Positions 1-11,170 of a DNA stretch of 64,000 nt are shown in pieces (position 1 is the first letter of the stretch; each line of letters opens with the position of its first letter). A program made the position numbers and the translations under genes. The stretch is from Octopus vulgaris (taxonomy: Eukaryota), in NCBI GenBank assembly GCA_951406725.2, contig OX597816.1:35464001-35528000 (forward strand), given 5' to 3'. The notes beneath the pieces are model-generated. The model did no database searches. It saw only the letters and a program-made list of their open reading frames with translations, and was not told the DNA's origin.

Positions 1-2175
1 TGCAATTCCTGAAACCTGTCTGTAAGTGTTATTATTGAAATTCATGAAGTTGTTTTGCAGAATAAATTTGAGCCCCTCAATGATGAATTCTTTTTTTATT
101 CTTCCCGGGATCTCATTGGGATATTTATCCAGCCAGAATTTAATGGCTTCCAGTCTATATTCATGTGGGATTGTGGTGTAAAGGTTTATTACATGAAAGG
201 GAACGATTAAAGTGTCTTTATCGGTATGTTTGGGGAGATGATTTAATTGGTCCAGGTCATCTCTTACAATGCTTGGAATGTGTTTCAGTATTGGTTTTAG
301 GATGATATCGATAAATTTGCTAAGTCTGTGTGTTTCACAACTTGGGCCAGCCACTATTGGTCTCAGTTTGAGATCAGTGGGATGTGGTATAGTGATGCAG
401 GTTGAAGTGGACTTTTTGCAAGCTTCTGTGATAATTTCACTCTTGTGTATTTTTGGAAGCCCATAGAGTGTGCTGGTTTTGCAATTAAAGTTTGTTATGA
501 AGTCGCATTCCTTTGATGTTAAGTCATTCCGGTGTTGGTAAATGAGTGCCTTCAGTTTGGTCGTTGTTTTGGATTGCTGGTAGTCGACTACTCTTCCATA
601 GTATGTAGTATCCTCTAAAAGGTGAGATACAGAGTTTTTATATTGCTCAGTATTCATGATAACGACCGTACTACCCGTATCTGCTTCCTTTATTGTGACG
701 TCATGATTGTCTCGTAGCGTATGGATGATTTCCCATTCTCTTTTACTGGTGTTGGGTTTGGGTTTAGGTTGTGGAAGTTCACCATAAGGGAAGTTTGAGA
801 TGTAATCGCAAAATTTGTCTCAGGTTTTGTTTTTGCCTTTTATGGGATTATAGCTGCTTTTGTTACGGACCATTGATTCGTCGTTATTATTAGTTTCTTT
901 GTCAAAAAATTCCTCTGTGAGGAGTAATTTTCTGCAAAATGTGAGATGTCATCCTGTATTTCCCTCAGGTTAGGGTATTTCGGAGTTGGGGTGAATTTTA
1001 GTCCTTTTGAAAGGATTTTTATTTGTGGTGTCGGCAGATTTAGGTTAGAGAGATTCACTATTTTTGGTTTTTCGGGGTTGGTATCTACCATCTGGTGTCG
1101 TGGAAACTGATGCCCTTGCCTAAAAGAGGAATCCTGGGGATTCTTCTATCTGCGGTATTTTGCTGTGTGTGGTTCTTTTCCCCGTTGAAATGTTGTCTGT
1201 TGAAGAGGTTTGGGTTGTTCCAGAGTCTGGGTTGTTGGTGTGGCCTCCTGGAAGAGTTTTGGTTACTCCAGGGTCTGGGTTGTTTGTCCTGGGTGTAATG
1301 TTGGTTCCTTAGAGTGGGTTGGAAAACACATTCATGGTTTAGAAGGGAATTGTTATATGTTGGGAGAGAACTGAGTTTGGAACGGTTTGGGTTGGAATCT
1401 ACAATCATAGTTCAGAGATAGGTTTCTAAGTGATGGGTAGGATCTCCGATCCTGGAACGGTTCTTGTGTGTGTTGGGGTCTACATTGTCTGGTAAAGTTT
1501 TGTCTTGTGTTGGTGGGTGTCTCGTTTTTTTTGATGGGATTGTAGTGCTGACTGTAAGTTCTGTTTTTGTTGTCAATGTTAGGGGTGGTGTGTGTTCGGT
1601 GTTTTGTGATTTGTTTTCTTTGTTCTTGGTGAGGGGTGTGAGTTGAAGTTGATATTTTAAAATATGGGTTGCTTGAATGGTGTTCATTTTTTAACTCTGT
1701 TTCATAATTCGCGAACCAGCTGTTTTTTTCCATTCGCTGGAGGGATGTTAGTTCTTCATCCTCGCAGTTTTTTCTCCAGAGATTGGTTTTATCAAGGAGT
1801 ACTCCTTCACAGTGTTTGAGATTTCAATCTGCATTTGATTGTCAAGGCTCTTGAATTTTTCTTCACTAGCGTTGGCTCTGAGCCGCAAAAGTTCTACTTC
1901 CGTTTTGAATTTTTCGAAAGCTAGTTTCTCCCTGAGGTTTGTTTTGATTTTCTGGTTCATTTTGGATGGGCTTTATTTGTAGTTTTCTGGGTAGGATGAT
2001 AGGGGTGGGGTTGAGCCACTTTTCATAAATGTCAGCTTTGTTATTATTTTTTATGAAATTCCAAACTTACGTGCTTTGAGATTTTTACTCCAGGTGTTGT
2101 TAAGAGTGCTTTTAACTGAGAAGCAGTCTTTAGTCTGTTCCTGCTTTTAAATTGCATTTTCAAACCTTCTTTCGT

Positions 2176-2178
<3 letters not shown>
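1..2178 (-). mobile_element. Penelope-like retroelement, N-terminal region and RT domain, frameshifted; continues off the left edge
   Basis: Minus-strand translation gives PLE RT motifs: IVNLSN..LSKGLKFTPTP (ORF 840-1091), TIKEADTGSTVVIMN (about 655-700; IKxADKG motif), LYGLPKIHK (about 445-470), LRPIVAGP (about 345-368), FHVINLYTTIPH (about 165-198; the conserved D is replaced by H) and LQNNFMNFNNNTYRQVSGIA (1-60). Stops and frameshifts are present. The 5' end abuts (TA)n at 2179. Confidence 0.9.
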
Positions 2179-2212
<34 letters not shown>

Positions 2213-2689
2213 TATATATATATCTTCAAGTTTTTATCTATCTGTATTATCATCTATATTAAAATTGATGAAAGAGAAGTGGCATAGTAATTTCTGTTTA
2301 TTCTTAACTTTCCTTCAAACGTTTATGTCACATTTACTTAATTTCGACATTTATTAAGGAACCCAACTGTTGAAATATTAAAGAAATAAAATTATGAAAA
2401 GTTGAAATTCATATATTTGCACCTTCGCATTTCCACATATTCATATGTTTTTGAAAACATTAAAGTGCTAATATTCATAAATGTTACAATCATATATATC
2501 ACTCAAAATTAAATATATACATTTACACCATGCACGCTCGGTACCGAAGTCCTTGAACGGTTATGGAAATCAATTTTTGTATTGACATCTTTATACACGC
2601 TCTTACCAATTGAGAATATAGTTTGTATCTCATTATTTTGATACATTCACACTCACACAAACGTCTGCACACACACACATACATACATA

Positions 2690-2783
<94 letters not shown>

Positions 2784-2789
2784 ACATAT

Positions 2790-2975
2790 ATATTTAACGG
2801 GGAGAGCTTACGGAAAAAAACAAAAGACGAAGACAGGTAGTGTACAAAACAAACAGATGTATTAGTATAAATAGAAAAAGTCTTTTACGTTTCGAGTCTA
2901 CGCTCTTCTACAGAAAGGGACACAGAAAAAAAAACAGAGAAAAATGTGTGTAGTGGCTAACGTTCTATCATGGTG
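2790..2975 (-). mobile_element. Short PLE pseudo-LTR-like fragment with a hammerhead-like core
   Basis: Abuts (TA)n and contains the motif at 2882-2917. A related decayed copy lies at about 32570-32700. Confidence 0.55.
2882..2917 (-). ncRNA. Minimal type I hammerhead-like motif with a variant core
   Basis: Reverse complement reads CTTT-CTGTAGAA-GAG CGTAGA CTC-GAAAC GTA-AAAG. Stem I CTTT/AAAG, stem II GAG/CTC, loopless palindromic stem III (ACGT). The core is CUGUAGAA rather than CUGANGA. Confidence 0.5.
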
Positions 2976-3110
2976 ACTGTTATATAGTCGCCATGGAGAT
3001 GTTATATATATATATAACATCCGATTTTTTATCACCATTCTGCGTTGCTCCAGTCCACTGAGATACTAAAAATGAATACGCTTGCACTACACGGGGTTCC
3101 GACAAGGGAG

Positions 3111-3146
<36 letters not shown>

Positions 3147-4289
3147 GTCACAGAATCTGGGAATTCTGTCTAATAAGCCTATTTCTCTGGAGGGAACTTT
3201 GATGCTTTCTTTCGTTTCATGCGAGTATGTTTATATGCATATTTTGATATATGCCTCAATGGGTATGCCATTAGTTTCGCGGGCAAATGATCTGAGACTT
3301 TTTAGAAAGATGACACTTTCTATAGTTGTTGCACATCAACAGCTACGTCGTGAGTATAATTCGACAGATGGAAACCCATCAGGTGTATTGTGTGCGTGTA
3401 CTTCTAGGATATCACACCTATTGGAAAATCGTTCAGAGCAAAGATACAATAAGCTGAGTGTTCCGTCATCAGAAAGAGATAGATAGAGATATCTTACTCA
3501 TAATGTATCTCTATAGGTTACATATAACGCAGGTATATACTAAATCTGCTAAATCTCATTTGACTTTCTGTTTAACATCAGTAAAGCAAAATCCTGTACC
3601 ACAAGTTTTAGCTCAATTCCAGCAGGCAGTAAACAACTAATGGTTACAAATAAAGCATCTTCTCTTGTATCCTATACATGTCTTAGTAATCACAAAATGA
3701 AACTTTTGGGATTCTACAAACGTATACCCTTCCGTCATAACTCGCAACATTTCATTTAACGACAGTTTCCACTAACTACTAGGGGTTGAATTACACATGT
3801 ATCAGATTATGTAATTAAAAAAATCATTTAAATCTATTGCAGCTGAGATGTTTGGCATTGCTGTTCTTCACAGAGAAAGGACGGTATGATCATGGCTGAA
3901 ACGCTATTAATTATAGCTTTCCTTTTAAATTAGTCCTGACTTGACTTATACGAGAACCATAATTACAGCCATCGCACTATTTACTATTGTAAACACTACT
4001 TACTATTTTCACGATTATTGAGGTAGACGAGAGTAAATTCAGTCTAGCATGTATGAACATGCCAAACAAAATTGCCCGTGTCGTTCATGGCTTGTATGTG
4101 TTAAATTAAAAGTAAGTATTGTGGCCCGAAAAATATAGAGAAGGTTGACTGTCTGCTTCATATATGCCTCTTAATTGTCATCAGATACTGTCAAAGTAAG
4201 TACGAAGTTTGGAAAACTGCCGGATAAAACAGCCCAGATATTCGCATTGGTTCTAATATTAAAATGTACTATTACACCATGGATCCAAC

Positions 4290-4531
4290 TATTCTCTGGC
4301 GGTCTCTCGGTTTCAACAACAAGCGTGCTCGTGAAATTAACGTGCAAGTGGTTGAGCACTCCACAGAGACACGTAAGCTTAATGCATTTCTCAGAGAGAT
4401 TCAGCGAGATACTGAACGTGACAAGGCTGCATTTTGAAAATAGAGGTACAAGTGATTTTTGCCAACTGTGGACTGTATCAATAGGAAATAAGTGTCTTAG
4501 ACCAGGACACAACGCCGGGGATCGAACTAAC
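4290..4531 (-). mobile_element. Decayed tRNA-derived SINE (V-domain-like family)
   Basis: Reverse complement shows a B-box-like GTTCGATCCC followed by GTGTCCTGGTCTAAGACACTTATTTC, similar to 17545-17818. Confidence 0.45.
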
Positions 4532-4705
4532 TTCCCACCTTCCTTAAATCTAGCGAAAACTAAGCTCAATTGAGTTGTCTATTTGAGAAAATTGCAAATA
4601 TACCTTACATATATATAATATACATATGTGATGTGTGTGTGTGAGTGTGCGTGTATATATATATATATATATATATCTAACTTCATATAGCACACCATAT
4701 ACAAC

Positions 4706-4767
<62 letters not shown>

Positions 4768-4790
4768 TGTATATATATATATATATATAT

Positions 4791-4991
4791 GTAGGTCCCG
4801 GGTTGATTCGGGGTTAACCACAGTAAGTAAGGTACTCAATACATAGCAGAGTAAAATTAATTTATTATATAGAAGGAACTTCTACAGGACTAGTACTGTT
4901 TCATTCAAGAGAAATCTTCAGGAAGCTTCCTGAAGATTTCTCTTGAATGAAACAGTACTAGTCCTGTAGAAGCTCCTTCTATATAATAAAT
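4791..4991. repeat. pLTR-like fragment ending in a 132-bp near-perfect palindrome (4860-4991) containing a hammerhead core; flanked by (TA)n
   Basis: Arms are centred on GGAAG|CTTCC (4925/4926) with one mismatch. The arm reads CTGAAGA TTTC TCTT GAAT GAAAC AGTACT AGTC. Confidence 0.9.
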
Positions 4992-6557
4992 ATATATATA
5001 TATATATATATATAAAGAGAGAGAGAGAGAGAAAGATGCATGTATGTTTGTGTGTATGTATATTGGGCGGTCAGCTAGTTTCATTTGTTCCTCTTCACTG
5101 TTAGTTGAGTTAACATGAACAATAATTTTATGGCAATGTTTTATTGGATCTTTGCACCTATTCTTCTTGTAGAACTTTTATTTATCGACTTTTACATTTG
5201 ATTAAAATTTGCATCCATTCAGATATATAACGTTGTAGTGTTAAGTATATTTTAAAAATGGGTACTTCGATGTTTGCTACTACGCAGGTTCAAAATCTCT
5301 CAAAAGTGACTTGAAATATTCAGGCTCTGTACCGAATTGGTTTTCGTGATTCACGAAAGGGATCTATAACCTCACAAACTTCCATTGACTTTTTCTGTTC
5401 GACGAGGATCGTTTGAACAAGCTTATTCCCGAGTATTCGCTCGCATTAATCCACTAGAAAATTGTAGAGAGAATGCTCTCGTGATAGCATTGCCCGACAC
5501 ATTTGTTTGTAACGTAAGGTTTCAAAATTCATAGCACGGAAAGTAACACTTTTGGAACGAATACGACTACTTCCAGTGCTCCTCTATGACCACCAGTTGG
5601 CTTGTTCGACACCAAGTAACTGGAGGATACTAACATAGAGTTACTTGCTGCCTCATCACCGGCGATAAAAAGAAAGACTATTTACGTCAATATAAATCAA
5701 TGAGAAGAGTGATTTAATTCCAACAAGCAAGCAATATTCCGTGTCAAGCCAGAGATGCATCTACGCAAGCATATATTTTGAGTTTCGTGGGATTGACAAG
5801 AGAAAATCCGCAAGGCGATTGTTGAAATAAATCACAAGATAAATGTAGATCTGTATGTTCCACCGTCAAGAAACGGAGAATTCTAACTTCAAATTATTGC
5901 CAATGTACATAGTCAAGTAGTTACTGATGATACATTATTCACGGATATTTTAAAAGTAATGATTAAAAATAAAGGATAAGATATATGAAAAAATTAACTA
6001 GTTTATCTGATACACCACTAAATAATAAATCATGTCTCCATTCTGTCCAAAAGCTAACACGGGAATGGCAATAAATAGGATCGTATCAATGAAGCGTAAA
6101 AACTTATACATACGTTGAATCCGAACATAAGTCTAAGAGCAACTCAGTGATAAATTCTAAAATATGTTGCAAGCTCAAACGACGGAAGTTTCTATAAAAC
6201 ATAAATAATGAAAATTAAATGGAAAAAAAAAAAATTATCTTGATGTGTATATAAGAATTGACAGAACACACACAATAATTTATTTGGAAAACTATAAGTG
6301 ACAGGTCGCAGATGCACAACAAAAGTTTGATAAACTAAATATATTGAAATTCTCAAAAATATAATGTAATTGCTTTTGTCTCAATAAATTGCTGAACATG
6401 ACACTTCCATCGTGTCCTTATTGTAACTTTGACACCATCCCTGATAAACTGAGTCGACAAACAAGTGCTACTTGGAAATTATTACGTGAACTAATCAAAT
6501 CAAGAATTATTTTGATTGGCAGTGGGGAGGTGGTGTGTTTTCGAGGAAGAAGAGAGG

Positions 6558-6622
6558 AACGACGACGATGATGATGACGACGAGTACGACGACAACGACG
6601 ACAACGACAACGACGACGATGT

Positions 6623-6655
<33 letters not shown>

Positions 6656-6672
6656 CGACGACGATGATGATA
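6558..6672. repeat. (GAC/GAT)n trinucleotide microsatellite
   Basis: Seen directly in the sequence. Confidence 0.95.
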
Positions 6673-6771
6673 TTACTCGTTTTCGCTGCTATGTCTCACA
6701 ATACACTTATGATTAATGATTTTCCTACACGTAACAACGCTTATCTTATTACGTCCTTGTCTGCTACACAT

Positions 6772-6852
<81 letters not shown>

Positions 6853-6981
6853 TAAAAAGAATTCCAACCTTGTCTGATTTTCACGTTTTATTTACAATCT
6901 TATAATGATATATTATAAGATAATATATTATAATTGAATAAAATAAAATGAAATAGTAGAATGTTAAATATTCATTCTGAT

Positions 6982-7026
6982 TGAACTAGTACTTTCATGC
7001 ATTGAATTCTGCAATCTTCGGGTTCA
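6982..7026 (-). ncRNA. Type I hammerhead ribozyme in the PLE pLTR (one core substitution)
   Basis: Reverse complement reads TGAAC-CCGAAGA-T TGCA GAATTCAA TGCA T-GAAAG TA CTA-GTTCA. 5-bp stem I, palindromic stem III AGTACT, CUA cleavage triplet. The core is CCGAAGA rather than CTGAAGA. Confidence 0.75.
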
Positions 7027-7520
7027 TGTAGTAGTGTTGACAGTCATGCTTCACAATTTTTGACTGTAGCAAGATGAGTGATTCTGTGCTATAAATACAG
7101 CTGGGTAGGCTCCAGAGTGCTAGGTTTTGCAAACTGTATTCTGACCAATCAGTGTGTAGTATCACTCAATTACTTAAGCTGATTGGTTGGTTGAGCTGAT
7201 TGGTTTAGGCATCACGCTTTGTTGGACAGGTGAAGAGTCCTGTATCTTGACCCTGGCCGAAGCAGCAATTGTTGGGTTATTTTTAGAAATGTTGTAAATA
7301 TCCTTTGTCAGAGATTTTTATATTTTTATATTTCAATTGTCATCATCATCATTGTCAGCACCTTAATTATTGTTGCTAGTGGTGATGGTGGTGGCAATAG
7401 AACTTTTAACCCTAAATAAGATAATTTTCCTGCTATCTTCGTCTTGATCACCTTTAGTATTGTTGTTGTTGTTAGTGGTCATGGTCGTAGCAGTGGAAGT
7501 AATACCTCTAAGTATTATTA

Positions 7521-8289
7521 TTATTGCTTATTTAGCTTGGGTTCGAATTTATCAATAAAATTCTTTTCTCTGATTTTCCTCTCGATTTCACTTGGGCTGT
7601 GTAATTTGTAGAATGGAAATATTATATATATTTTCCGACCACATGTTGCTAGGTGGTTACTCAAAGGTATCTGACGGACCTCTGGGTCTCTAATCTGTTG
7701 CCGGTGTACACGTGAGCGTTCTAATAGTGCGTTTCCCGTCTGACCTACATATATTTCTTCACAATTTGGGCATTTGATGCAGTAAATTAAATTTCTGCTT
7801 TTGCAGTTCATATTCGCGTTTGTGAATATTTTCCCGGTTTTTGTGTTTATATATTGACCGGTATGTATGAATTGGCATGTGCCACATCGGCTATCATTGC
7901 ATTTAGATACCGTGAATGTTTGGTCTGTGTTGCTGAGGTCAAATTTTGCCTTTGTTAGTAATGTTTTCAAGTTTTTAGGCTGTCTTTTACTAAGCACCAT
8001 AGCTCGATCCTTGATTATGTCTTTTAATTCATTACTTTGGGCAATGATTGGTAGGTTTGCTTTGGCAATGTTGAAGATATTCTGGTGACATGGGTTGTGT
8101 GTCACTATGAATGGTATGACTTGTTCTTGTTTTCCCCTTCCTTGGGTTGTCCTAAGTTGTTGTATAGGTATTTTTATAGCCCGCTGTATGCCATTTTCTA
8201 TAAGTAGAGATGGGTATTTTTGTTTGAGCAAAAATTCTCTTAGCTCTATTAGGCGTTTGTTCCTGATATTTGCATCTTCTACAATAGTA
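7521..8289 (-). CDS. PLE C-terminal GIY-YIG endonuclease domain (truncated ORF; annotated 7521-8231, frame appears open to about 8289)
   Basis: LKQKYP..I...[21 protein letters not shown], Zn-linker CNDSRCGTC, then [29 protein letters not shown]...H, HL, REKNFI..FEPKLN*. The CxxxxCxxC linker is typical of Neptune/Naiad-type PLEs. Confidence 0.92.
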
Positions 8290-8316
8290 CATATATATAT
8301 ATGTATGTATATACAT

Positions 8317-8424
<108 letters not shown>

Positions 8425-8629
8425 AAATGGATAAATGAATTCTCTTGTTAAGGATTATTCAAAATTTAACCGATACCTGGGTAGCAAACATCACAACAGA
8501 AAAAACACGGTTGAAGTTACGACCTTGGGGTGTCGCAACCGTGCCTTAGCGCGGATAATTGAAGTTTAATATATTTAGTGAAGGGAAGAAATGGAGCTGA
8601 ACGAAGATTCTACAGAATTCCTTTTATTA

Positions 8630-8713
8630 TTTTCTACACATGTTTCAAAGGCCGCAAATTTCCAAATTCGGATTGAATAAGGAGACCATTTTGCAGCATT
8701 CTCTTCAGGAAAA
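8630..8713 (-). ncRNA. Type I hammerhead ribozyme with extended stem II
   Basis: Reverse complement reads TTTTC-CTGAAGA-GAATGCTGCAAA...TTTGCGGCCTTT-GAAAC ATGT GTA-GAAAA. Core intact, 5-bp stem I, GUA site. Confidence 0.8.
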
Positions 8714-9191
8714 TCCAGGAATTTAAAAATCCAAAACAAATGCGCAGCAAGGTATTCGAACAAAACGCTCCTTAGGAGCCCATGAAAAAGCACAAAACTG
8801 TCTCTCAATGTGCGTTGACGTCAGGGGGGGGAGGCCGACGAAAAAGTCCGTTGGAATAAATCAAGGTCAGACTGCGGTCAAATCTGGTAGTGGAAGAAAT
8901 ACTGAAAACCAACGGGTGTGAATATATTCTGTATAACTAATGTTAATTTCCGGATTGTTTTAAGACTTAAGGCTATCTTATATAGGTGTGGGACCCTACC
9001 TACATGTATGTGTGTGCGCGCCTGTGTATGTGTGGGAGTCAGTCAGGCAGCGGCTAGAGGGAAAGAGAACTGCTGATTTTGTTGCGTCAACGCACATTGA
9101 GAGACAGTTTTGTGCTTTTTCATGGGCTCCTAAGGAGCGTTTTGTTCGAATACCTCGCTGCGCATTTGTTTTGGAATTTTAAATTCCTGGA

Positions 9192-9275
9192 TTTTCCTTA
9201 AGAGAATGCTGCAAAATGGTCTCCTTATTCAATCCGAATTTGGAAATTTGCGGCCTTTGAAACATGTGTAGAAAA
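9192..9275 (+). ncRNA. Second-arm copy of the same hammerhead, core mutated
   Basis: Same as 8630-8713 but with CTTAAGA instead of CTGAAGA. Confidence 0.65.
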
Positions 9276-9330
9276 TAATAAAAGGAATTCTGTAGAATCT
9301 TCGTTCAGCTCCATTTCTTCCCTTCACTAA

Positions 9331-9366
<36 letters not shown>

Positions 9367-9374
9367 ATATACAT

Positions 9375-9425
<51 letters not shown>

Positions 9426-9428
9426 CAT

Positions 9429-9484
<56 letters not shown>

Positions 9485-10969
9485 TCTTGTTCAATGAATT
9501 CCCATTGATAACATGATGGAGAGTGATTTTGGTAAATATTCTTCTCTTATTTTTTCCATTATGTGACAGGTCTTTATTTCTTCATGAATTCTTGTCTTCT
9601 GTGTGTTGTTTGTTCAATGTAAAACCATTGTTAATATGATCGTGAGAGGTTCTGGCGTAGATTTGTCTCTTATTCGCAGCATTTCTTCCCACTGTTCTGA
9701 GTTCAAATTCCACAGATGTTTTAGTTGTTATTGTTGTTGTTGTTGTTATTGTTGTTGCTGTTGACCAAATGTTCAACCCAATTGCACAGATCTGTGATCG
9801 AAATCGGTTTAGCAATGAAATCAGATTGTTATTGATAACATGTCTATAGGACTGCATTGTTCAAGTTAAAATTTCAATTATTGACAGTATAGATGCGAGG
9901 GGGGTTTCCATTTGTCAACCCTCGCTCACTGGCTATTGTTGCCGTTAGTGCTGAACAAGACGGTGATGATGATGATGATGACGATCATGTTTATGATCAT
10001 GACGACGACCACGATGACGAAAATGAAAACGATGATGATGATTTTTACGTTTGAGACGATGATGATTAATTTAGCATTAGGTTTGGTAGTTGTGACGGCG
10101 CTTAATTTGATGTATATCAGCATATCTTAAATTCAATTATAAATTAAATATATAGCAGAGGTATCATTCAATATTTCTCTCTTCTCAATTTTCTTCGAGC
10201 GGTAGTAATTACGCTTTACGCTTAACGCTAAATTATTCATTTAATATTATTGCTAGGTATCGTTATTTCTTATAAGAACTTCTGCAAGAGATATGCAAAT
10301 TATGCTGAATAGAAATCTTATGAGATTCTTTCGATGCGTAGCTTCAAACTAGGAAATATGTCTAGTCTTTAAATTTAAATAGATTTGGCTGATTACTAAT
10401 ATAATTTCATTTGAAAGAAAATGGCGCTATTTAAATGCTGCTAAGTTTGAGCTTTGAATTGTTAATACGTTAGAAATCGCAATGTGTGTTATAATTTCGT
10501 CTGAGGTTATTTATAATGAGTACCTGACATTTTCTATATACTATTTTCCGTCTGTATGCATTAATAAACTCATTTAAACTTGTTTCGTGAATTTGTAGGA
10601 GCGTAATTAGATTTATGGTGAGAATGTTCTGTTTTGTCAATAGAAACAGTATCTGTAGTTTTATATATCTAACAGCCAGACAATCCGACTATAGATTTTC
10701 GTTTTCTTACTAGCTGAAGCCGCATGACAGACGTCATTCTTCTAATGTTCTACAAAAGCACATTAAGTACATCAATCTTTCAAAGATTTTCAAAAGCACA
10801 TTGAAATAAAAGTTGATATTTTAAGTAAGTGTTATGTACTGATAAATTTAATTATAGTATGAAAGAGGCATGGTGATAATATTCGATAATAAATTATTGG
10901 TATACCGATAATGAGAATGGAACGGGTATGATATAGGAAAATGTAATGCATATAATGGTGGCAGTGAAC

Positions 10970-10973
<4 letters not shown>

Positions 10974-11052
<79 letters not shown>

Positions 11053-11053
11053 A

Positions 11054-11089
<36 letters not shown>

Positions 11090-11170
11090 GTGATGATGAT
11101 AATGATGATGATGATGATAGTGTTGGTAGTGGTGATGGTGGTGGTAGTGGTGGTGGTAGTAGTGGTGGTG
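10974..11170. repeat. (GAT)n/(GGT)n microsatellite
   Basis: Seen directly; it explains the poly-M, poly-I and poly-S ORFs. Confidence 0.95.

Larger units (their letters stand above)
6850..8289 (-). mobile_element. 5'-truncated Penelope-like element (RT thumb, Cys linker, GIY-YIG endonuclease, 3' pseudo-LTR) inserted in (TA)n
   Basis: Contains ORF 7521-8231 and a hammerhead at 6982-7026. Both ends abut (TA)n tracts (6780-6849 and 8290-8421). Confidence 0.92.
8571..9334. repeat. About 250-bp inverted repeat (8571-8820 / 9085-9334) of a hammerhead-containing pLTR-like unit
   Basis: Arms are near-identical reverse complements with about 3 mismatches and a 264-bp spacer. The right end abuts (TA)n. 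Confidence 0.93.

Noticed and set aside
3145-3445. Possible hammerhead with a very long insert (CTAATAA ... GAAAATCGTTC) in a TA-flanked module
   Set aside because: The core is doubly mutated and there is no convincing stem II closure.
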